Below the pieces are notes generated by a model. The model was not told where the DNA came from. It did not search any database and saw nothing but the letters and a program-made list of their open reading frames with translations. 49,112 nt of DNA, from assembly GCA_016183365.1 (NCBI GenBank), contig JACPES010000003.1, positions 539,154-588,265 of the forward strand. Direction: 5' to 3'. This stretch comes from Candidatus Collierbacteria bacterium. Its GTDB lineage: Bacteria; Patescibacteriota; Microgenomatia; UBA1400; JACPES01. A program made the translations under genes and the position numbers. This document shows positions 9,507 to 18,232 of this stretch, in pieces. Position 1 is the stretch's first letter, and each line of letters starts with the position of its first letter.

Positions 9507-11222
9507 ATGAAAACATCAATACCAAAAATCACCGTCAAGGACAAGCAGCTTAAATTTAAGCCCAATATATCCAATTATGAGGCGGCTTATCGTGATTACA
9601 ATCTCAATAAACTGATTAAAGATAACATTTCTCTATTTCCTGAAAATAAAATCAACGCCGCTTATAATGCCGTCGACCGTCAAGTTTTAGGCCCGCGGAA
9701 AAATAAAATCGCGATTTATCATCTGGACCAGGATTTAAACGAAATCAAGTTAACCTTTTTTGAGCTTTACCAATTGTCCAACAGATTCGGGAATTTATTA
9801 AAATCATTGGGAGTCGGTCGCGGCGATAGGGTATTTTTCTTCCTGCCCAGAATTCCGGAACTTTTCTATGGATTTTTGGGAACGTTGAAAATCGGGGCTG
9901 TAGCCGGAACTATGTTTTCGGCTTTCGGAGTCCAAGCCTTAATCGATAGATTAGCGGATAGTGCCGCTAAAGTCGTTATAACCAATAAGGAATTATTGCC
10001 TCGGATAAAAGACGCCAAAATACATTTGCCTGATTTGGAAAAGATTTCAGTGGTAGAGGATTTTGCGCCGGAATTATCAAAATTTTCTGATGAACTCCAT
10101 GTGTCCCAAATGGATATGGATGATCCGGCTTTTATGTTGTATACCTCCGGTACTACAGGTAAGCCCAAAGGAGTAGTTCATACCCACCGGGCCATTATCC
10201 AAGAACATTTAACTTCCAACTGGGTTTTGGATTTAAAAGAAGACGATACCTATTGGTGCACGGCCGATCCAGGCTGGGTAACCGGAATTGCCTATGAAAT
10301 TTTAGGGTCGTTAAGCAACGGGGCTTCGACTGTAGTTTATTCCGGCCGGTTCGACCCAACCATCTGGTATAAAATCGTCGAAAAATATCAGGTTTCAGTT
10401 TGGTATACGGCCCCGACGGCCATCCGCATGCTTCAGGCGGCCGGCAAGCAGGCTATCGGCAAAACAGATTTATCCTCATTAAGACATATTTTAAGCGTTG
10501 GCGAACCATTGAATCCAGAACCTCTACTGTGGGCTAAAAAAACTTATGGGTTGGTTTTTCATGACACTTGGTGGCAGACGGAAACAGGCAGTATTATGAT
10601 TGCCAATTTTCCTTGTTTACCCATCAAGCCCGGTTCGATGGGCTATCCGGTGCCGGGAGTGACCGCGGCGATAGTTGACGATAACGGCAAACCGGTAAAA
10701 CCGATGATGGAGGGCAATTTGGCGATTAAGAAAGGCTGGCCATCGATGATGAAGACAATTTGGCGCCGGCCCAAAAAATACGAGTCGTATTTCATTGACG
10801 ATTGGTATATATCCGGCGACCGGGCCTATATGGATTACGACAGCTATTTTTGGTTTGTGGGCCGGGCGGACGATGTCATCAAAACCGCCGGCGAAAGGGT
10901 AGGACCTTTTGAGGTGGAATCGGCCCTGGTGGCCTATCCCGGCGTGACCGAAGCCGGAGTCATTGGCAAACCGGATCCAATTCGAGGTCAAATTATTAAA
11001 GCTTTTGTAACTTTAAATCCGGAAATTAAACCATCTAAAGCCTTGGTGGTAAAACTCCAGGAATTTGTTAAAAAATATCTGGCCGGCCATGCCTATCCCA
11101 AAGAAATTGAATTCGTGAAATCCCTGCCTAAAACCCGTTCCGGTAAAATCATGCGCCGAATGTTGCGGGCCAAAGAACTTGGCTTGCCGATCGGTGATAC
11201 GTCGACACTTGAAGAGTATTAA
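9507..11222 (+). CDS. acs: AMP-forming acetyl-CoA synthetase-type acyl-CoA ligase
   Basis: AMP-binding motif YTSGTTGKPKG, the Acs-type DTWWQTETG, and C-terminal PKTRSGKIMRR. Confidence 0.75.
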   Translation: MKTSIPKITVKDKQLKFKPNISNYEAAYRDYNLNKLIKDNISLFPENKINAAYNAVDRQVLGPRKNKIAIYHLDQDLNEIKLTFFELYQLSNRFGNLLKSLGVGRGDRVFFFLPRIPELFYGFLGTLKIGAVAGTMFSAFGVQALIDRLADSAAKVVITNKELLPRIKDAKIHLPDLEKISVVEDFAPELSKFSDELHVSQMDMDDPAFMLYTSGTTGKPKGVVHTHRAIIQEHLTSNWVLDLKEDDTYWCTADPGWVTGIAYEILGSLSNGASTVVYSGRFDPTIWYKIVEKYQVSVWYTAPTAIRMLQAAGKQAIGKTDLSSLRHILSVGEPLNPEPLLWAKKTYGLVFHDTWWQTETGSIMIANFPCLPIKPGSMGYPVPGVTAAIVDDNGKPVKPMMEGNLAIKKGWPSMMKTIWRRPKKYESYFIDDWYISGDRAYMDYDSYFWFVGRADDVIKTAGERVGPFEVESALVAYPGVTEAGVIGKPDPIRGQIIKAFVTLNPEIKPSKALVVKLQEFVKKYLAGHAYPKEIEFVKSLPKTRSGKIMRRMLRAKELGLPIGDTSTLEEY

Positions 11223-11261
11223 CACGTTGACAATTCCATCTTCACCATTTAACATTTAATT

Positions 11262-11468
11262 ATGCTGACAAATGATGATTTGAAGAACATTGAAAAAGTG
11301 GTTGAAAATAAAATCGATCCATTCAGAGAGGAATTTCAGAAATATAAAAAATAATCGATTGAATGGTTTGAAGCGATTTTTGACGATTTGCAAGATAAGC
11401 ATCAGGAGATGAGGCAACTTAAAGCTAGAGTGTCTAGGTTTGAGAAAATACAACCAATCACAACTTAA
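11262..11468 (+). pseudogene. small coiled-coil-like ORF interrupted by an in-frame TAA (or a genuine 30-aa ORF)
   Basis: MLTNDDLKNIEKVVENKIDPFREEFQKYKK-TAA(11352-11354)-SIEWFEAIFDDLQDKHQEMRQLKARVSRFEKIQPITT, all in one frame. It is below the ORF-track size cutoff. Confidence 0.35.
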
Positions 11469-12156
11469 CTTCTATAACCAGAGTAAACTCTCCTTTCAAT
11501 CGGACTTTATTCTCATTTAGCCAATTTATTAGCTCGGCGGGGATTCCATTTTTGTGTTCTTCAAACATTTTAGTCATTTCGCGGGCTAAGCTGATTTTTA
11601 TGCCCTCCCCAAAAACTACCGCGATATTCTCAATCGTTTTCAAAACCTGATATTTGGAACAATAAATGACTATTCCGGCCGGCTCATCCAGAGCTAAAGC
11701 CGCATTTTTAAGTTTTTCCAGAGAATTGTTTTGAGCCCCTGATTTTTTTGGCAAGAATCCTGCCAAAATCAGCCTTTTGGTTGGCAATCCGCTGGTAACC
11801 GCGGCCGATAGGGCGGCGTTAAATCCGGGCACTTGCCTAACCGGAATTCCGCAAGCCACCGCTATTTCTACTAAAGCCAAACCGGGATCGCTTATCAAGG
11901 GCGTGCCGGCATTACAAACCAAACTAATATCACTTCCGGATTTTAAATCATCAATTGCCTGCGACATAACCGACGTACCCGAACTCCCCTTGCCGACGTA
12001 TTTTTTGAGCCTAGCTGCAGAGGTGAGTTTTCTGGTCTGATCGGTTGATTCGCACAGCACGTAAGCTGACGATTCCAAAATCTGTTTTGCTCTGGGCGCC
12101 AAATCATCCAAGTTGCCAATCGGGGTGGATACTATATACAGTGTTCCTGTAGACAT
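11458..12156 (-). CDS. rsmI: 16S rRNA (cytidine1402-2'-O)-methyltransferase
   Basis: N-terminal GTLYIVSTPIGNLDDLAPRA and the tetrapyrrole-methylase-like fold length (232 aa). Confidence 0.9.
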   Translation of the reverse strand: MSTGTLYIVSTPIGNLDDLAPRAKQILESSAYVLCESTDQTRKLTSAARLKKYVGKGSSGTSVMSQAIDDLKSGSDISLVCNAGTPLISDPGLALVEIAVACGIPVRQVPGFNAALSAAVTSGLPTKRLILAGFLPKKSGAQNNSLEKLKNAALALDEPAGIVIYCSKYQVLKTIENIAVVFGEGIKISLAREMTKMFEEHKNGIPAELINWLNENKVRLKGEFTLVIEVKL

Positions 12157-12192
12157 GGTTAGTTAAAGTATTGTATAACTATATGGCTTTTT

Positions 12193-13959
12193 ATGAAATC
12201 TGAAATATCCATTAAAGTCGGGGGGCCGGCGGGGGCTGGGGTTAAATCGGTCGGACAAATATTGGCTAAAACCTTGCAACGGTTGGGTTTCCATGTTTTT
12301 GAATATCCGGAATATCCAAGTTTGATCCGCGGCGGTCATAACACTGAACTTATTCAGGCTTTAGTTGAAAAAAAATATTCCCTGACAAAGCCGGTAGATT
12401 TGTTGATTGCTCTGGACGATAAAACTTTGAGCTTAGACCTACCGGAAGTAATTCCTGGCGGAATGGTGATTTTCGATTCTAAAATAGATTTTAAATCCAA
12501 TTCTTCCAAAATTAAGTTCTTATCTATCCCGATGTCCGATATAGCCTTGAAATTAGGCAATCCATTGACGGCTAACATAGTTGCAGTCGGTGCAGCTTTG
12601 AGGGTAATGGGGTCGACCACGGAAACAACTTCTAAGCTTTTGGCCGATCAGTTCTCGCAGAAGGGTCCCGACGTAATTTCTGCAAATATTAAATCCTTGG
12701 AAGCCGGCTGGAATTTCGTCAAGGACAAATCTTTCCACCCGATTTTAGATTTGATCTCCGACCTTCCGGCCAAAGGCCGATCCGCCTCTGGCGGAAAAGT
12801 TTCAAACGAATTAATGATGAACGGCAATGAAGCCTTATCTTCGGGAGCGATTTCGGCCGGAATGGGCCTATACACGGCCTATCCAATGACTCCTTCCACT
12901 CCGATTTTGCATTTTTTAGCGGCTCATCAAAACGAATTCGGATACATCTCGCTTCAAGCTGCGGATGAAATCACCTCGGTGAATATGGTGATTGGGGCGA
13001 TGCACATGGGCGTTAGAGCTATGTGTGGAACTTCAGGAGGCGGATTTGCTTTAATGAACGAATCCCTGGCTCTATCTGGAATGACCGAAACTCCGTTGGT
13101 ATTGGTTTTAGTCCAGCGTCCGGGGCCGGCCACCGGTTTACCGACCTGGACGGAACAAGGGGAATTGCAGTATGCCGTTCACGCCGCTCACGGTGAATTC
13201 CTGCGGTTTGTTTTAGCCCCGGGGGACATTGAGGAAACTTTTCAAATGGCTTTTGACGCTTTCAACTTAGCGGAAAGATACCAAACCCCTGTAATAATTA
13301 TGCTGGACAAATTTTTATCCGAATCATCCATGTCATCAGGAAATTTATCCTCTATCGGATTTAGCATAGACCGGGGAAAAATAACCGACCCTAAAAAATT
13401 AAACAGGGTGAAGAATTTTCAACGTTACCAATTGACGGCTGACGGAGTATCATCAAGAAGTTTACCCGGAATGGAAAACGGAATATTTTGCGCCAATTCA
13501 GATGAACATGAATACCATGGATTGGTGGATGAATCCAGTTCGATGAGAGTTTGGCAAGTTGATAAACGGTTAAAGAAAATGGAAACTGCTTCTAAAATGA
13601 TGCCGGGGCCGCAGTTAATCGGACCCAAAGACGCCAAAATTACCATCGTGACTTGGGGATCGGGTAAATTGCCGGCCCAGCAGGCGATGATGACAATGAA
13701 CAAGAAGCAAGAAACAGGAAACAATGAAAAAGTAAATTTGCTGCATTTTAGCTATATCTGGCCGATGAATGCTAATGCTATAAGGGAAGCGTTGAAAAAT
13801 TGCGCCACCTCGACATTATTAATCGAACAAAACGCCACTGGCCAATTTCAGTCCTTGTTAAAAGAACAAATAGGCTGGGAACCGACGGCATATTTGCGGA
13901 AGTATGACGGAAGGCCATTTTACGCGGAAGAAATAATAGAAAAAGTTGTTGAATTATGA
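12193..13959 (+). CDS. 2-oxoacid:ferredoxin oxidoreductase, fused gamma-alpha subunit
   Basis: Gamma-like N-terminus IKVGGPAGAGVKSVGQILAK, followed by alpha-type GNEALSSGAISAGMGLYTAYPMTPSTPIL. Confidence 0.8.
   Translation: MKSEISIKVGGPAGAGVKSVGQILAKTLQRLGFHVFEYPEYPSLIRGGHNTELIQALVEKKYSLTKPVDLLIALDDKTLSLDLPEVIPGGMVIFDSKIDFKSNSSKIKFLSIPMSDIALKLGNPLTANIVAVGAALRVMGSTTETTSKLLADQFSQKGPDVISANIKSLEAGWNFVKDKSFHPILDLISDLPAKGRSASGGKVSNELMMNGNEALSSGAISAGMGLYTAYPMTPSTPILHFLAAHQNEFGYISLQAADEITSVNMVIGAMHMGVRAMCGTSGGGFALMNESLALSGMTETPLVLVLVQRPGPATGLPTWTEQGELQYAVHAAHGEFLRFVLAPGDIEETFQMAFDAFNLAERYQTPVIIMLDKFLSESSMSSGNLSSIGFSIDRGKITDPKKLNRVKNFQRYQLTADGVSSRSLPGMENGIFCANSDEHEYHGLVDESSSMRVWQVDKRLKKMETASKMMPGPQLIGPKDAKITIVTWGSGKLPAQQAMMTMNKKQETGNNEKVNLLHFSYIWPMNANAIREALKNCATSTLLIEQNATGQFQSLLKEQIGWEPTAYLRKYDGRPFYAEEIIEKVVEL
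12766..12797 (+). repeat. in-frame double mini-hairpin (ggcc-aaa-ggcc, tccgcc-tct-ggcgga) at the gamma/alpha domain junction
   Basis: Encodes PAKGRSASGGK. Both hairpins were read directly at 12768-12778 and 12781-12795. Confidence 0.6.
13699..13732 (+). repeat. in-frame aacaagaa/caagaaacaggaa word tract (NKKQETG)
   Basis: aacaagaagcaagaaacaggaaacaa. A near-identical 24-mer lies in uvrB at 17056-17087. Confidence 0.75.
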
Positions 13960-14053
13960 ATTAAGATTTATGATTTATGAATCAAACATTTCTTAATCGT
14001 AATTCGTAAATCATAATTCATAAATCGCCCCTATACAAATACAATCGAGTATT

Positions 14054-14923
14054 ATGGCAAAGATTTCATCAAATCAGAAAAATCCTAATTCTTATAACAC
14101 ATCTGTTTTTCCCACTTGGTGTCCCGGTTGCGGAGATTTCGGAATTTGGGGAGCGTTAAAACAGGCCCTGGAATTATTAGAAATAAATCCTGACCAAGTG
14201 GCTTTCTTTTTCGGGGTTGGCTGTTCCGGGAATATCTCAAGTTTTATCCGGGGATATGGTTTCCATTCTTTGCACGGCCGCGCCATAGCCAATGCTATCG
14301 GGGCCAAACTGGCGAATCATAAAATGCCGGTAATTGTAATAGCCGGAGATGGTGATCTTTTAGGCGAAGGTATCAGCCATTTTATTCATTCAGCCAGGGC
14401 CAACCACGATATTACGGTCATTCTGCATAACAACGGAGTTTTCGGCTTAACCACCGGTCAGGCTTCCCCGACTGCCGTTACCGGATTTAAATCCAAACCA
14501 ATTCCGACTGAAATTACCGATGAACCGGTTAATCCCTGCGCCTTAGCCATTATGCATCAAGCCGGATTTGTGTCCCGAGGTTTTGCCGGCGACCAGGAAG
14601 TCTTGTGTAATTTAATTTCACAGGCTATTGCCCACCCCGGATTTTCGTTGGTCGACGTTCTCCAGCCTTGTGTGACTTTTAATCCGGATAAATCATATAT
14701 TTGGTACAGGCAAAGAATTAACCCTGTCAAAATTCCGGCTAAGGACGTCCTTACTGGAATCAAAAATTCATTGTGGACGGATAAACGGATAGCTACCGGA
14801 ATTATTTATCAAAATTCTAGGGACGCCTTTCATACTAATTACCCGCAATTGCAAACTGAAACTTTGTTAGCCACGACCGGCAAAAAAAGAAATATTCAAA
14901 AACTTTTGAAAGGGTTTAAGTAA
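14054..14923 (+). CDS. 2-oxoacid:ferredoxin oxidoreductase, beta (TPP-binding) subunit
   Basis: WCPGCGDFGI near the N-terminus and the TPP motif IAGDGDLLGEG. Confidence 0.85.
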   Translation: MAKISSNQKNPNSYNTSVFPTWCPGCGDFGIWGALKQALELLEINPDQVAFFFGVGCSGNISSFIRGYGFHSLHGRAIANAIGAKLANHKMPVIVIAGDGDLLGEGISHFIHSARANHDITVILHNNGVFGLTTGQASPTAVTGFKSKPIPTEITDEPVNPCALAIMHQAGFVSRGFAGDQEVLCNLISQAIAHPGFSLVDVLQPCVTFNPDKSYIWYRQRINPVKIPAKDVLTGIKNSLWTDKRIATGIIYQNSRDAFHTNYPQLQTETLLATTGKKRNIQKLLKGFK

Positions 14924-15545
14924 CTACGGGGTGGAACTTGCGGATTACTCCGACCACTTTCCCCTGAACCCTGACGCGGGTCGCAAAAATCGGCTGCATT
15001 TGGGAATTGGCTGGCTCCAGTCTAATTCTGGTAGCTTCGCGGAAAAATCTTTTTAATGTCGCCAAGCCATTGTCCAAAAGAGCGACCACAATATCGCCGT
15101 TATGGACTTCGTCTTGCTCTTCGATCACCACATAATCGCCGTCCAAAATTCCGTCGTCAATCATCGACTGACCTTTAACCCGTAAAACATACGCCCGGCG
15201 CTTGCCGGATAGCATATCAGGAGAAATAGACAAAGTAGTATGGGTATCGGTAAATGGCACAATCGGCGAGCCGGCGGCGATAAATCCCATCACCGGCAAC
15301 TCGACTCCGGTTGATGTTTTGGAAATTTTGCGGTCTAATAGTTCTATGCCGCGGACAGTCCCTTCATATTTTTTTATAATTCCCTTGCGGACTAAAGCCT
15401 CCAGATGCTCGTGGACAGTGGCTAAAGAAGTTACTCCCAAAGCCGAAGCGATTTCCTGTAAAGTAGGGGAATATCCGTGCTGCTGGATATATTGAGATAA
15501 AAATTCTACAATTTGGCGTTGGCGTCTGTAAAGAGTAACTGGCAT
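14916..15545 (-). CDS. lexA: LexA repressor
   Basis: Winged-helix N-terminus (RQRQIVEFLSQYIQQHGYSPTLQEIA). S24 peptidase C-terminus with VKGQSM (Ser) and ATLKRF (Lys). Confidence 0.9.
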   Translation of the reverse strand: MPVTLYRRQRQIVEFLSQYIQQHGYSPTLQEIASALGVTSLATVHEHLEALVRKGIIKKYEGTVRGIELLDRKISKTSTGVELPVMGFIAAGSPIVPFTDTHTTLSISPDMLSGKRRAYVLRVKGQSMIDDGILDGDYVVIEEQDEVHNGDIVVALLDNGLATLKRFFREATRIRLEPANSQMQPIFATRVRVQGKVVGVIRKFHPVVT

Positions 15546-15807
15546 AATGTTGCGATCCTAATCTACGAATTCATCCGAATGATCCAAATATCATGATGTT
15601 GATGTTTCGTGATAGATTATTTTTCTGTTCGTCTCATATTAGCCCGAAGTAATACCAAGTGTCAAGGGGGTAAATCTATGTCAAATGCTGTCAGTTATAA
15701 TTATATAAACGCAATCCAACTCTACGAATTGAGTCCGAATCTTCGCATCCTTAATATTGGGAACATTCGGATGTATATTCGGATTATTCGGATCGCTGAA
15801 AGTAATT

Positions 15808-17991
15808 ATGTTTAAACTATATTCATCCTATCAACCGGCCGGCAGTCAGCCGCAGGCAATTCAAAAACTTGAGAGGCTAATTGAGTCAGGCAACCGTCAC
15901 CAAACTTTATTAGGCGTCACCGGCAGCGGAAAAACTTTCGTGACCTCAAGTGTCATCGCCAAAATCAATAAACCGACTTTGGTAATTGCCCACAATAAAA
16001 CATTAGCCGCCCAACTGTATCAGGAATATCGCGATTTTTTTCCGGAGAATGCCGTTTCCTATTTCGTCAGTTATTACGATTACTATCAACCAGAAGCTTA
16101 CATCCCTCAAACCGATACTTATATCGAAAAGGAAACCGATATAAACGAAATGATTGATAAATTGCGGTTAAAGACCACCGCAAATTTGGTTTCCCGCCGC
16201 GACGTGATCGTAGTTTCTTCCGTTTCCTGCATTTACAATTTGGGCGAGCCGCAGGAATATTTAAAAAGAGTTTTGAAATTAACCCTTAATCAGAAGATTT
16301 CAGGGAGAGAGTTGGCAGAAAAACTGGTAGACATAATGTACTCTCGATCAGAAATTGAATTAGGGAGATCAAATTTCAGGGTAAGAGGTGATACTTTGGA
16401 TATTTGGCCGGCATACGAGGATAATGTTTTAAGGATAACTTTAATCGGGGATAAAATTTCAGAGTTAGTCTGGATAGATCCAATTTCCTCCCAACCTATC
16501 AACCCTTCCAGCCATTTTGACCATTTTAATCATTCTAACCATTTTTCTCTTCCCTCCGTCGCCCTTTTTCCCGCCAAACACTATATCGCCGATTCCAAAA
16601 ACCTTAAACCGGTATTTGCCGAGATTAGAAACGACTTGAGTTTAAGAATAAAACAGTTGGAAAGGCAGAACCATCCTCTGGAAGCCAAAAGATTGGCCCA
16701 AAAAGTGGAATACGATTTGGCGATGATTCAGGAATTGGGTTACGTCAGCGGGATTGAAAATTATTCTCGGTATTTTGACAATCGTCAACCGGGAAATCCG
16801 CCCTTTACCCTATTGGACTATTTTAAGCAATGCGACCCGGATTTTTTAACCGTGATTGACGAATCGCACATTACTCTTCCTCAAATTAGGGGCATGTTCA
16901 AAGGCGACCAATCCCGGAAACAAACCTTGATTGATTTTGGTTTCCGTTTGCCGGCTGCAATGGATAACCGGCCTTTAAACTATGAAGAATTTATGGATAG
17001 GGTTAATCAGATTGTTTATACTTCGGCAACGCCGGGGGAATGGGAGATGGAAAAGTCAGGAAACAAGAAACAAGAAACAGGAAGCAGTGGGGTAGTTGAA
17101 TTGTTGGTTAGACCGACCGGACTAATCGATCCTGAAATAGAAGTCAGAAATGCCGAAAATCAGGTTTCGGATTTAGTCATAGAAATTATAAAGCGGAAAG
17201 CCAAGAACGAAAGAGTTTTAGTTACCACTTTAACTAAGAAAACTGCAGAAGCCCTGACGGAGTTCTTATCGGATGAAAAAAAATTAACAAAAATTATCGG
17301 TTCCAGTGCTTCTATTGTCATTCCCGTGAAAGTGGGAATCTATATAAATAGTTCCGCCAAAGGTGGAATGATATTGGATTTGCCAAAAGTGGCTTATCTT
17401 CATTCCGACATCAAAACTCTTGACCGCCAGGATACTTTGGATAAGCTTAGACTAGGAGATGTGGATGTAATTGTCGGGATTAATTTATTGCGGGAGGGTT
17501 TGGATTTGCCGGAAGTATCGCTGGTTGCCATTTTGGATGCCGACCAGGAAGGATTTTTAAGGTCAAAGACCAGCTTAATCCAGACTATGGGGCGGGCAGC
17601 CCGCCATATTCAAGGCAAGGTGATTCTTTACGCGTATAAAATCACCGATTCCATGAAAGAAGCGATTGAGGAATCCGGTAGAAGAAGAAAAGTCCAGGTT
17701 GAATACAATTTAAAACATAATATTTTTCCTCAAGGAATCAATAAGCCTATCAGGGAGAAATTGGTCGACAGAAGTCAGGAGTCTGTGGCTGACATTGACT
17801 TGCCAAAGGGAATTTCTTTTAGATACGGGATAAAAAAACTGGTGGATCTGGAAATTGCGTCTTTGTCTCCAGTGGACAAACAGGCTGTGGTCCGCCATTT
17901 AAGAAAACAGATGCTGGCTGCCGCCGATGATTTAAACTTTGAAAAAGCGGCAGAAATCCGCGATAAAATCAACGAAATAAAACAAATTTAG
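15808..17991 (+). CDS. uvrB: excinuclease ABC subunit B
   Basis: The chosen start is MFKLYSSYQPAGSQPQAIQKL, the canonical UvrB N-terminus; the listed ORF starts 17 codons earlier. Also present are GVTGSGKT, DESH, YLHSDIKTLDR and a C-terminal UVR motif (AAADDLNFEKAAEIRDKI). Confidence 0.95.
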   Translation: MFKLYSSYQPAGSQPQAIQKLERLIESGNRHQTLLGVTGSGKTFVTSSVIAKINKPTLVIAHNKTLAAQLYQEYRDFFPENAVSYFVSYYDYYQPEAYIPQTDTYIEKETDINEMIDKLRLKTTANLVSRRDVIVVSSVSCIYNLGEPQEYLKRVLKLTLNQKISGRELAEKLVDIMYSRSEIELGRSNFRVRGDTLDIWPAYEDNVLRITLIGDKISELVWIDPISSQPINPSSHFDHFNHSNHFSLPSVALFPAKHYIADSKNLKPVFAEIRNDLSLRIKQLERQNHPLEAKRLAQKVEYDLAMIQELGYVSGIENYSRYFDNRQPGNPPFTLLDYFKQCDPDFLTVIDESHITLPQIRGMFKGDQSRKQTLIDFGFRLPAAMDNRPLNYEEFMDRVNQIVYTSATPGEWEMEKSGNKKQETGSSGVVELLVRPTGLIDPEIEVRNAENQVSDLVIEIIKRKAKNERVLVTTLTKKTAEALTEFLSDEKKLTKIIGSSASIVIPVKVGIYINSSAKGGMILDLPKVAYLHSDIKTLDRQDTLDKLRLGDVDVIVGINLLREGLDLPEVSLVAILDADQEGFLRSKTSLIQTMGRAARHIQGKVILYAYKITDSMKEAIEESGRRRKVQVEYNLKHNIFPQGINKPIREKLVDRSQESVADIDLPKGISFRYGIKKLVDLEIASLSPVDKQAVVRHLRKQMLAAADDLNFEKAAEIRDKINEIKQI
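16511..16549 (+). repeat. in-frame ccatttt/tcattct word tract (SHFDHFNHSNHFS) inside uvrB
   Basis: The sequence gccattttgaccattttaatcattctaaccatttttctc was read directly. Confidence 0.7.
17056..17087 (+). repeat. in-frame aacaagaaacaagaaacaggaa tract (NKKQETG) inside uvrB
   Basis: Near-identical to 13699-13732 in the OFOR alpha gene. Confidence 0.75.
17316..17372 (+). repeat. in-frame hairpin-module pair (TGTCATTCC..GGAATCT + inverted partner) inside uvrB
   Basis: tgtcattcccgtgaaagtgggaatct - atataaata - gttccgccaaaggtggaatgat. This is 57 nt (19 codons: VIPVKVGIYINSSAKGGMI) between FLSDE and KVAYLHSD, where canonical UvrB has only a few residues. Confidence 0.8.
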
Positions 17992-18008
17992 CGCTTTTAT
18001 TATAATAA

Positions 18009-18034
18009 TGTAAAATGATTTAAATCATTTTACA
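18009..18034. repeat. P3: 26-nt perfect palindrome TGTAAAATGATTT/AAATCATTTTACA
   Basis: Checked base by base. It starts 18 nt after the uvrB stop. It shares TAAAATG arms with P1 and the ATTTAAAT centre with P2. Confidence 0.9.
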
Positions 18035-18232
18035 CTTCTCCTGACACATCTTTTTATATCTTCTGCTACGGGCTGGGAATAGTTGAAGATGGTTATAAAC
18101 ACAACGGAACTGTACTGGAGTTAAATTATCAGCTCGTAAATACGAATGTCGATTGATGGCAAAATTATGATTCCGAATTTTTACATCCTGTAAGTAATAT
18201 CGGGTTGAACTCCAGATAAAAAACGGATAAAA

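Noticed and set aside
9338-9574. 78-aa minus-strand ORF in the gpmI-acs spacer
   Set aside because: It overlaps the acs start and the GC-rich structured element, and has no coding signature.
15546-15807. Canonical LexA boxes (CTGT-N8-ACAG or GAAC-N4-GTTC)
   Set aside because: Only isolated half-site-like words (tgttc near 15633, gaaca near 15761) are present, about 130 nt apart. No properly spaced palindrome was seen.
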